Assembly: GCA_003661605.2 (NCBI GenBank)
Contig: QMWL02000001.1
Location: 1 to 49,468, forward strand
Origin: an archaeon
GTDB lineage: Archaea; Thermoproteota; QMWL01
Length of the DNA: 49,468 bases
Reading direction: 5' to 3'
Position numbers and translations under genes: made by a program. The notes beneath the pieces are model-generated. The model saw only the letters and a program-made list of their open reading frames with translations, was not told where the DNA came from and searched no databases. Positions within the stretch are counted from its first letter, which is position 1; each line of letters begins with the position of its first letter. Positions 35,139 to 42,744 of the stretch are shown here, piece by piece.

Positions 35139-35639
35139 ATGAGCAACTCAACAATTGCGAGGAGGGTGGGCATCGCAGTAGGTGGTATTCTTATTGCAGC
35201 GTTTGCTCTGTTTGTAGGCTACTACTACTGGCTGTTTGCACAAAGCTACGGTAGCCATCTAGGTCGTATAGAGCGCCTCTGGAACCTCGCAGTATTCATC
35301 GACTACGGAAACGGTACAGTAGAAATACACCGATTTGCAACCGTCCCCCGCGATGAGGCAACCCCCCTTTCTCTCCTAGAGGAATGCGCTGATGTCTTGG
35401 TAATCTACTCCTTATCGCTTAAAGCAACACCCTCTAACCAGACCATGCACCCCACCGTCTTTGTATGGTCGATAAACGGTGTTAACTCAACAGGAGGGTA
35501 CTTCTGGCTCACGTACCTCCGCTCACCGAACGGTGTCTGGACCCCTCTTAGCCCCTCCGAACTGCTCGAACCACTACCAGGCAATAACTACGCAGTATCG
35601 TGGAACTACACGCAGATCTCTCCGTCTCCCACGCTATAG
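35139..35639 (+). CDS. Membrane-anchored extracytoplasmic protein, DUF4430-like (transcobalamin-like beta domain)
   Basis: N-terminal TM anchor (VGIAVGGILIAAFALFVGYYYWLF). VFVWSINGVNSTGGYFWLTYL and LPGNNYAVSWNY resemble the DUF4430 pattern (f..sInGv....yW.y.....l.dGD.i.w.y). Confidence 0.45.
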   Translation: MSNSTIARRVGIAVGGILIAAFALFVGYYYWLFAQSYGSHLGRIERLWNLAVFIDYGNGTVEIHRFATVPRDEATPLSLLEECADVLVIYSLSLKATPSNQTMHPTVFVWSINGVNSTGGYFWLTYLRSPNGVWTPLSPSELLEPLPGNNYAVSWNYTQISPSPTL

Positions 35640-35683
35640 AGCAGCCGTAGCCAAAGCCTAATACTAACCACAGTCGCGCCCTC

Positions 35684-36379
35684 GTGAGCGAGCTAACCAA
35701 GCAGATCATCCAGAAAGCGCTATCGGAGGGCAGAAAAGCCCTACTTGAGCCTGAAGCCAAACAGATTTGCCAAGAGTATGGAATTCCTGTTCCACCATTC
35801 GCGGTCGCTAAAACCGAAGAGGAGGCCGTTAAAGCGGCGGAGCAGTTTGGCTACCCAGTGGTTCTAAAGATCGTATCCCCTCAGGTTCTCCACAAAACCG
35901 ATGTAGGTGGAGTGCTCGTTAAGCTCAAGAACGCAGAAGAAGTTCGGAAAGGCTATCATCACATAATCGAAAACGTCCGTCGCCACGTTCCCGATGCTGA
36001 CATTCACGGTATACTCGTTACGAAGTTTGCAGAAGAAGGCGTTGAAGTCATCGTTGGCGCAATCAAAGACCCACAGTTCGGACCCGCTGTGATGTTCGGC
36101 TTAGGAGGCATCTTCGTCGAGCTATACAACGACGTGTCCTTCCGCCTCGCTCCCGTTAGTGAGCGAGATGCTCGAGAGATGATACAAGAAATCAAAGCAT
36201 ACCCGATTCTCACCGGATATCGTGGTCGTCAACCGTGTGACATAGAGACGATCGTAAAGATCATCAGAGCCGTATCCCAGCTCGTTACTGACCATCCTGA
36301 AATCAGCTCCCTAGACCTTAACCCGATTGAAGTATATCCTAAGGGTGCTTACGTCGTCGACGCGCGAATAGTCCTCTAG
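35684..36379 (+). CDS. acdB: Acetyl-CoA synthetase (ADP-forming), beta subunit (ATP-grasp)
   Basis: EPEAKQICQEYGIPVPPF, GYPVVLKIVSPQVLHKTDVGGV, and LDLNPIEV. GTG start. Confidence 0.88.
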   Translation: MSELTKQIIQKALSEGRKALLEPEAKQICQEYGIPVPPFAVAKTEEEAVKAAEQFGYPVVLKIVSPQVLHKTDVGGVLVKLKNAEEVRKGYHHIIENVRRHVPDADIHGILVTKFAEEGVEVIVGAIKDPQFGPAVMFGLGGIFVELYNDVSFRLAPVSERDAREMIQEIKAYPILTGYRGRQPCDIETIVKIIRAVSQLVTDHPEISSLDLNPIEVYPKGAYVVDARIVL

Positions 36380-36381
36380 CC

Positions 36382-37197
36382 CTGTCCTCCGACTACGACA
36401 CCGAAGAGCAGAAGCTCCTAAACCAGATTGCGGAGGCAGAGCGTCAGCTTTCTGAACTAGAGGAGCGAGAGCGTCAGCTTGTAGCGCTTCTTCGTGAACG
36501 CCGTGAGCAGCTTCGCAAGCTTGTAGAGGCACGTCGGTCGCTTGTAGATCAGCTACGGCAGCTTCGCGCTGAGCGAGACCGTTTAGCTAACCAGGTCCGA
36601 ACTTGCTACGAGCGCCTCCGCGAACTAGTCGCTGCTGCACGGCGGGTCCGTGCTTTAGCAAAGCTACCGCGTGATGTCCTTGAGAAGCGTATTACCGAAC
36701 TCGAGGAACGGTACTTCTACAGCATTCTGCCCCTACAGGAAGAACGAGCACTCGTACATGAAATCGAGAAATACTGGCAGCAGCTTCGTGCACATATTCA
36801 TCACGAAACGCTAACTCATCAACTGGATACGCTACGTAACCGCATTAGAGAACTTCGCAGTCGCATCTACGAAATCAAACAGACGATCCGCCAACAGCGG
36901 CAACAGATCGAGAACCTGAGAAACAAGATATCTGCAATTGGTCAGGAAGTTGACGATCTTCGTAAGCAACTCTCCGCTATCCGTCGTCAGCGCCGTCAGC
37001 TCAATAACCAGATAGACAAGCTTCGTGATCGGCTATCCGAGCTACGTCTTGAGCGCGTTGTAGAGGAGCAAGTTCGCCGTACGCAAGCTCTCAGAGAGGA
37101 AAAGCGTCGTATTGCTAAGCGTGTCAAGGAGAGGCTTCAACGCGGTGAGCCTGTATCGTTAGAGGAACTTCGTATCTACTACGAGGTCTTCGGTTAG
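36382..37197 (+). CDS. Coiled-coil protein (COG1340-like) with no canonical start codon; absent from the ORF track
   Basis: Frame +1 is open from 36343 to TAG 37195-37197. A hand read of all 285 codons found no ATG, GTG or TTG. The translation is a Leu/Arg/Glu/Gln heptad-rich coiled coil ending ...GEPVSLEELRIYYEVFG. The start shown is the CTG 3 nt after the acdB stop and is only a guess. Confidence 0.6.
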   Translation: MSSDYDTEEQKLLNQIAEAERQLSELEERERQLVALLRERREQLRKLVEARRSLVDQLRQLRAERDRLANQVRTCYERLRELVAAARRVRALAKLPRDVLEKRITELEERYFYSILPLQEERALVHEIEKYWQQLRAHIHHETLTHQLDTLRNRIRELRSRIYEIKQTIRQQRQQIENLRNKISAIGQEVDDLRKQLSAIRRQRRQLNNQIDKLRDRLSELRLERVVEEQVRRTQALREEKRRIAKRVKERLQRGEPVSLEELRIYYEVFG

Positions 37198-37239
37198 ACT
37201 ACACACTAAACTTAATTTAGGCGCTGTCGTAAGAGGTGG

Positions 37240-38358
37240 TTGCGACGCCCGCTCCACGGCCGGCTTCTGGTCCTCTGCGTCGATGAAGACGACGACTTAG
37301 GGACGAAAACTGGTCTCACCACTCCGGTCGTGGGGCGGGAAGCGAACCTGATGGCTGCTGTTCAGCTAGCTACTCGAGACCCCGAGGAAGCCGATGCTAA
37401 CGCCATATTCGAGGCAATTCGCACCTACGATCGGCTGGTGAAAGAGCTAGGTTCACGCTATGTCGAAATAGCTACGATAACCGGATCCCCTCGAGGCGGC
37501 ATTGAAGCTGCACACCGTATTCTCAACAGTCTCGATGAGGTACTTGAGCGGTTTCCAGCTGATTACATCGTACTAGTCACCGATGGCTTTGCCAGTCCTG
37601 AAGTTACGTCCCTGATATCCTCAAGGCGACCCGTCGCATCCATCCGCCGTGTAGTTATCAAGCACCATGCTTCCGTTGAGGAGACCTATCACGTCATTGC
37701 ACGCTACCTCAAGATGATCGTAGAAGAACCACGTTTCTCCCGCTACCTCCTCGGTCTTCCTGGCGTCCTCGGCTTGCTCGCTCTAATCCTGTATTTCCTA
37801 AACCTAACTCACTACTTCGCCTACACGCTCGCTTTCGTAGTCTGCACTCTCCTAGTTGTCAAAGGCTTCCACATCGATCGTGCTGCCCGTCAGTTTGCGC
37901 GCGCAGCAGCGCGAACCTTCTACTCTCCGATCTTCCAAGCTAAGCTTCTCGTCGTATCTGGGTCTCTGATACTCTTAGGTATAGGCATCTATCAAGCCAC
38001 ACAGGTAGCGATAGTGGTATACGACCCTCTACTCGGTTTCCGCGCCCTTCAGATCGCTATAGCATACTGGCTTCAAGGCGCATCCCTCTTCCTGATGCTC
38101 GCCTTCATAATCTTCTTCAGCGGACGCGCCGTCTACAAAACCCTAGGACGACACCCTCGCGCCCTCGAAAACTTCCTAGGTATCATCGCATCGGTAGTCT
38201 TCTTCTACCTATTCCTCTACCCAATATCCGAGTACTTGCTTAATCCTGATTCACCGATCCTTCCTCTCCTCCTGCGCCTTCTCATCGGAATCGCCGTTAC
38301 TGTTGCTGCAACCATACTGTTTGAACGATATATTCACCGCCGTAGCGCCGAGCAGTGA
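37240..38358 (+). CDS. DUF373-family integral membrane protein
   Basis: Soluble N-domain LVLCVDEDDDLGTKTG...TPVVGREANL...DPEEADANAIFEAIR, followed by about 6 TM helices. TTG start. Confidence 0.7.
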   Translation: MRRPLHGRLLVLCVDEDDDLGTKTGLTTPVVGREANLMAAVQLATRDPEEADANAIFEAIRTYDRLVKELGSRYVEIATITGSPRGGIEAAHRILNSLDEVLERFPADYIVLVTDGFASPEVTSLISSRRPVASIRRVVIKHHASVEETYHVIARYLKMIVEEPRFSRYLLGLPGVLGLLALILYFLNLTHYFAYTLAFVVCTLLVVKGFHIDRAARQFARAAARTFYSPIFQAKLLVVSGSLILLGIGIYQATQVAIVVYDPLLGFRALQIAIAYWLQGASLFLMLAFIIFFSGRAVYKTLGRHPRALENFLGIIASVVFFYLFLYPISEYLLNPDSPILPLLLRLLIGIAVTVAATILFERYIHRRSAEQ

Positions 38359-39128
38359 AACGAGTCGCAATCATAGGCGGCTCTGGACTAGAGCGCTTAC
38401 TTGCTGGACAACAGCATTCTCCTATATCAACTCCGTTTGGCGACGTATCGTACATAAAGCGCATAGAAGCACCCTTCCCTCTCTTCTTCCTCCCCCGTCA
38501 TGGTCCTCAGCACGCTGCACCGCCTCACGCGGTCAACTACCGTGCAAACATATGGGCAATAGCTGCGCTTGACGTCTCTCGCATTATTGCCGTTAGCGCC
38601 GTAGGATCCATGGACCCAGAGATACCTCCGGGATCCTTCGTAATACCCGATAATGCTATCGACTTCACCCGAAGACGTACTGCTACATTCTTTGAAAACG
38701 AAGCTGCTCACGTCGACATGACTCAACCTTTTTGCCCAGAGGTACGCTCAGCGTTGATCAACGCTTGCCGTGAAAACCAAGTCCGCGTCTACGACAACGG
38801 TGTTTACGTTTGTACAGAAGGACCGCGATTCGAGACCGCTGCAGAGATCCAGTTTTACCGAAGGATCGGAGGCACGGTCGTTGGTATGACTCTCTTCCCC
38901 GAGCTTCCGCTTGCACGTGAGAAGGGCATCTGCTACGCCTCTCTCTGTGTTGTAACCAACTTTGCTGCAGGAATCAGTAGCCGTATCACGGTTGAGGAGG
39001 TCTTTACGAGGATGCGGAAGCTTACAGCTACCATTCGCAGTATACTCCTCAGAGCCGCCACTCTCATCCCTGAGCAACGATCCTGCACCTGCGGAGCCGC
39101 ATTGCAACGTGTAGCGGATTTCATCTAG
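38355..39128 (+). CDS. mtnP: S-methyl-5'-thioadenosine phosphorylase (MTAP / PNP family 2)
   Basis: VAIIGGSGL, LPRHGPQHAAPPHAVNYRANIWA, AVSAVGS, TEGPRFETAAE, and VVGMTLFPE. Confidence 0.88.
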   Translation: MKRVAIIGGSGLERLLAGQQHSPISTPFGDVSYIKRIEAPFPLFFLPRHGPQHAAPPHAVNYRANIWAIAALDVSRIIAVSAVGSMDPEIPPGSFVIPDNAIDFTRRRTATFFENEAAHVDMTQPFCPEVRSALINACRENQVRVYDNGVYVCTEGPRFETAAEIQFYRRIGGTVVGMTLFPELPLAREKGICYASLCVVTNFAAGISSRITVEEVFTRMRKLTATIRSILLRAATLIPEQRSCTCGAALQRVADFI

Positions 39129-39130
39129 CC

Positions 39131-39934
39131 ATGCGAATCCCCCGTCCTCTCATACGTCTCTCTCGCGCGCTAGCCCGCTATACCGGTGTCGAAAAGCTCT
39201 ACGAGCGAATGCTCTTCGACGAAATACGCGCACACCCCGTTCCTAAACACGTCGCCATAATCTTGGATGGAAACCGCCGTTGGGCACGTGAACGCGGGCT
39301 TCCTCCATGGGCTGGGCACGAGGAGGGCGCTAAGAAAGTAGAGAAAGCTCTGCGGTGGATCCGACAGATCGGTATAAAGTACGTAACCCTATACACTCTT
39401 TCGACAGAAAACCTTCGTAGAAGCCGTGAAGAGCTGCAGAAGCTGTTTGAAATCTTCGAAAGACAGGCCCTCCGTCTGCTTAACGACAAGGAGATCCTTC
39501 GTGAGGGTGTACGGTTCCAATTCATCGGTCGTACGCACCTGTTACCGGAGCGTCTCCAGCAGCTGATGTGCGAGATCGAGAAACGCACCCAGAGTGGGAA
39601 GAACCTCACCGTAACTATTGCCATCGCGTACGGAGGTCGTGCTGAAATCGTTGATGCCGTTCGCCGTATTGCTGAGCGTGTTAAGCATGGTGAGCTTTCA
39701 CCAGAGCAAATAGATGAAGTCGTTATTGCCAAGAACCTTTACACTCGCGATATACCCGACCCCGACCTCATCATACGCACTTCAGGCGAGGAGCGCATTA
39801 GTAACTTCCTCCTTTGGCAGTGTGCATATAGTGAATTTGTATTCCTCGATGTTTACTGGCCTGAGTTCCGAAAGATAGACTTGCTTCGCGCTATACGCAC
39901 CTACCAGCTACGTCACCGCCGTTTCGGTCGCTAG
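39131..39934 (+). CDS. uppS: Cis-prenyltransferase (undecaprenyl diphosphate synthase family)
   Basis: HVAIILDGNRRWA, YTLSTENLRR, and IRTSGEERISNFLLWQCAYSEF. Confidence 0.92.
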   Translation: MRIPRPLIRLSRALARYTGVEKLYERMLFDEIRAHPVPKHVAIILDGNRRWARERGLPPWAGHEEGAKKVEKALRWIRQIGIKYVTLYTLSTENLRRSREELQKLFEIFERQALRLLNDKEILREGVRFQFIGRTHLLPERLQQLMCEIEKRTQSGKNLTVTIAIAYGGRAEIVDAVRRIAERVKHGELSPEQIDEVVIAKNLYTRDIPDPDLIIRTSGEERISNFLLWQCAYSEFVFLDVYWPEFRKIDLLRAIRTYQLRHRRFGR

Positions 39935-39935
39935 A

Positions 39936-40976
39936 TCAAACAGGGCTACGCGGGAAGCGAGACAGCACCTTTGCACCTTCTTCCGTTACCACCACATCAT
40001 CTTCAATTCGCACACCGAACATGCCTTCCAAGTACACTCCTGGCTCTACCGTAACGACATCCCCCGCTACTAATAGCTCATTCGAGTAAGGAGATAGTCG
40101 CGGCGGTTCATGTACCTCTAAGCCTATTCCATGACCAGTAGAGTGGATAAACGCCTCCCCTAGCTTTCGCTCCTCCAAGAACTTACGCGCACGTGCGTCT
40201 ACCTCAGCGCACCTCGCTCCTGCTCTTATCCCAGCGATAGCAAGCTTTTGCGCCTCTAGGACAGCGCTCCAGACCTCCTCGAAACTCTCCGGTGCTCTTC
40301 CAACAACGAAGGTGCGTGTTAGATCTGCACAGTACCCGTTAACGCGCGCACCTATATCGACAACAACAGCATCTCCTCTCTGTAGCTCCCTATCGCTTGT
40401 TCGATGGTGTGGAAAAGCGCTGTTAGGTCCTGAGGCAACAATACACTCGAAGGAGAACCACTCTGCTCCCGCTTCTCGCATTGCGCGCTCTGCTAGAGAC
40501 GCCAGTTCCCTCTCTCGAAGTCCCGGTCTCAGCCCTTCCTCTACGGCCTTCAATCCCTCCTCTGTAACTCTCACCGCTGCTTCGATTCTCCGAATCTCCT
40601 CCTCGTCCTTTCGCCGACGTACCTCGTAAACTTCCTTTGCAACGCTTACGGGCTCTATGCCCTTTCTCTGTACAACTTCCAATAAGCTGATGTCAAGAGC
40701 ATCAAACCCGATACGCCCCTGTACTTTCTCTCCAACTTGCTGCCACAGCTCCTCCCGCCGTCGCCACACGCTGAGTTTAACCCCCTCTACCTGCTGCCGC
40801 GCTCGCGCTTCTTCTAACCTCGGCACCAGAAGCCAAGCTTCGTGAGGCAGCACAAGTAGCACTCCTGCATTAAAGCCTGTCAGGTAGAACACATTCTCGC
40901 GACGCGTGAGTAGGATACCTACTGCCCCCTTTTCTCGGCTTTTTTCGAGAATGCGTGTTGCCCGATCCCACCGCAC
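39936..40976 (-). CDS. M24-family Xaa-Pro aminopeptidase / prolidase
   Basis: Pita-bread metal ligands: VVVDIGARVNGYCADLTRT, HSTGHGIGLEVHE, VTVEPGVY, and RIEDDV. Confidence 0.85.
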   Translation of the reverse strand: MRWDRATRILEKSREKGAVGILLTRRENVFYLTGFNAGVLLVLPHEAWLLVPRLEEARARQQVEGVKLSVWRRREELWQQVGEKVQGRIGFDALDISLLEVVQRKGIEPVSVAKEVYEVRRRKDEEEIRRIEAAVRVTEEGLKAVEEGLRPGLRERELASLAERAMREAGAEWFSFECIVASGPNSAFPHHRTSDRELQRGDAVVVDIGARVNGYCADLTRTFVVGRAPESFEEVWSAVLEAQKLAIAGIRAGARCAEVDARARKFLEERKLGEAFIHSTGHGIGLEVHEPPRLSPYSNELLVAGDVVTVEPGVYLEGMFGVRIEDDVVVTEEGAKVLSRFPRSPV

Positions 40977-40995
40977 GCCCTGCGTTTTCGCTCGC

Positions 40996-41586
40996 TTAAT
41001 CCGCTTTACCCTCTTGAAGCTCCTTACCCCTACTCAGTCCAAGCTGAAGTGCACGTATGCTAACGGCGTAAGGAAGAGTCGCTCGAACTGCTTTCTCTAA
41101 CGCATGCGTACTTACCGGAAGCACTCCAAGACTCTTCGCAACCCCCACCAGCAGCACGTTCGCTTGTAGCGGCGAACCCACCTCCCTCGCAGCCCACGCT
41201 GTAGCGGGTACGAAGAACACCACTCCTCGACTACGGATCTGGTCTCTAACGTGTTGGATAGCACACCCCTCTGGAAGGTGACCACTAAAAGGCTCCGATT
41301 CAGAAACAACAACCCCCGTAGGAGCAAGCATCGAAAGCCAGCGGAGCGTCTCGATAGGATCTAGACCTAAAATCAGATCCGTAGCTCCTTCTGGAATCAG
41401 CGGACTAGCTACTTCTTCACCCCACCGGATGTGAACGACCACGGATCCACCGCGTTTTGCTACACCACGTGTTTCGCAGACTTTCACATGATGACCATCA
41501 ACAAGCGCAGCGCGCGCGATGATTATACCTGTAGTTACTACTCCTTGACCGCCAACGCCGCACACAAGAACGTTGAAGACCTTCAA
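40996..41586 (-). CDS. 2-oxoacid:ferredoxin oxidoreductase gamma-domain protein (IorB/POR-gamma-like)
   Basis: MKVFNVLVCGVGGQGVVTTGIIIARAA is the N-terminal signature of the POR gamma / IorB family. TTG start in a TTGA overlap with the upstream stop. No alpha or beta subunit gene is nearby. Confidence 0.7.
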   Translation of the reverse strand: MKVFNVLVCGVGGQGVVTTGIIIARAALVDGHHVKVCETRGVAKRGGSVVVHIRWGEEVASPLIPEGATDLILGLDPIETLRWLSMLAPTGVVVSESEPFSGHLPEGCAIQHVRDQIRSRGVVFFVPATAWAAREVGSPLQANVLLVGVAKSLGVLPVSTHALEKAVRATLPYAVSIRALQLGLSRGKELQEGKAD

Positions 41587-42614
41587 CTGAAGATGCTCTT
41601 GATGTAGCTTAGCGCTTGCCCCGGCTCAAGGATACCTGCTCGAAGCTCTCGAAGTACGCGCTGCACAGACGCCCAGCGGTAGGCTGGGTACCGTTTGTGA
41701 AGGTATCGTAAGAACGGGCATCCATACGTAAACCCGCGTCCTCGAAACTCGTAAACAGTCCTTGCGATTAGGACGGTCTCGGACTTGGTGAGCGCTAACG
41801 CAGCACAAAGGTTCAGAACCCAGACCTCTCCTATTCGCTGGAGTGCGTGATAGCCTGTGGGAAGTAGGTCTCCGAAACTTACGAGAGGGATTCCCCGCTC
41901 TTGAGCAAAGGCTAGAACCCGTTCAGTAATCAAGCGCCGACACTTACCACACGGATGAAGTCTCCCCTGCACCGCTCGCCGAGCAACCTCCTCAAACCCC
42001 GGTACATCCCGTAAAACTACGTGTTCCACTCCTAACCGCTCTGCAATCTGCCGTGCACGATCCTCAACCCTACGTGGAACGATATACGGCGCTGGTGCAA
42101 CAGTTACGGCTATCGGGTTTAACCCCGCCTCCCTCGCAAGGATGAGAGCAGCGGTACTATCCGCACCGCCTGAGAGCCCTACTACGATGCTCGGTACGCC
42201 TTCCTCCTCGACCTCCAGATTAGGTCGTAACGGATAATGCTTCAATTCTCGTTCAAGAAGCGGCACTATGTGCTTTTCAAGCACATCTTTGAGACGCTGG
42301 GAAACTCGCGCTCGCTTTACACACTCCAGAGTCATGCGAATCCTCCACCGCTTTACCACAACATCCGTAAGAGCCCGTACCCCAATATTCGGTATGTCAA
42401 ACCATTTCTTCAGCTCAGCTACCGCCCACGCACCAGGACCTAAGAGCGCGGATTTATCCGGTCTATCGGGAACGAATATGAAAAGCGTGCGCGAGTCCTC
42501 ATCCACTAAAACCCGCGAAATGACAGGTCTTCCATACATAATACCAACCTTCCTGTAAATGCGCTCTCGTATACGTTCCAGAGCCTGCTCAACATCCCCT
42601 TTCCTGATGCGCAT
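41583..42614 (-). CDS. PP-loop superfamily ATP pyrophosphatase with an N-terminal KH-like domain
   Basis: VVGLSGGADSTAALILA (SGGxDS PP-loop). HPCGKCRRL Cys pair. N-terminal region with LLGPGAWAVAEL (GxxG-like). The exact family is unresolved (COG2117-like?). Confidence 0.65.
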   Translation of the reverse strand: MRIRKGDVEQALERIRERIYRKVGIMYGRPVISRVLVDEDSRTLFIFVPDRPDKSALLGPGAWAVAELKKWFDIPNIGVRALTDVVVKRWRIRMTLECVKRARVSQRLKDVLEKHIVPLLERELKHYPLRPNLEVEEEGVPSIVVGLSGGADSTAALILAREAGLNPIAVTVAPAPYIVPRRVEDRARQIAERLGVEHVVLRDVPGFEEVARRAVQGRLHPCGKCRRLITERVLAFAQERGIPLVSFGDLLPTGYHALQRIGEVWVLNLCAALALTKSETVLIARTVYEFRGRGFTYGCPFLRYLHKRYPAYRWASVQRVLRELRAGILEPGQALSYIKSIFS

Positions 42615-42635
42615 GGAGCCAACAGAACCGATCTT

Positions 42636-42643
42636 TGTTAAAA
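42636..42643 (-). promoter_or_regulatory. Putative TATA box for the PP-loop ATPase operon
   Basis: The minus strand reads ATTTTAAC about 22-29 nt upstream of the start at 42614, consistent with a leaderless or short-leader archaeal promoter. Confidence 0.3.
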
Positions 42644-42716
42644 TTGGTAGCGCGCTTTACCACACCGCTGCTGAAAACGGGTCTAATAACTTAGTAAAAA
42701 TGTATTGACGGTGTTT

Positions 42717-42725
42717 CCTATATCC
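42717..42725 (+). promoter_or_regulatory. Putative TATA box for smc-scpA-scpB
   Basis: CCTATATCC lies 20-28 nt upstream of the GTG start at 42745. Confidence 0.3.
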
Positions 42726-42744
42726 AAAATAGACTGGAGAACGC

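Noticed and set aside
36343-36379. Programmed -1 frameshift fusing AcdB (frame 2) to the start-less coiled-coil frame (frame 1)
   Set aside because: The overlap region GGTGCTTACGTCGTCGACGCGCGAATAGTCCTCTAG has no X-XXY-YYZ slippery heptamer. A fusion of an ATP-grasp subunit to a 270-aa coiled coil has no precedent that I know of. Near-cognate initiation, reinitiation or a mutated start is simpler.
36311-36532. 73-aa minus-strand ORF in the track
   Set aside because: It is antisense to the acdB 3' end and to the much longer coiled-coil frame. Its composition looks like a mirror of the sense frame, and it has no motif.
39199-39732. 177-aa minus-strand ORF
   Set aside because: It lies entirely antisense to the clearly recognisable uppS gene. 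It has the Arg/Ser/Cys-rich composition typical of GC-rich antisense frames.
42646-42661. Imperfect palindrome GGTAGCGCGCTTTACC in the 130-nt divergent smc / PP-loop intergenic region
   Set aside because: It has only 4-nt arms plus a GCGCGC core, which could easily arise by chance in GC-rich DNA. I have no second copy to support an operator.
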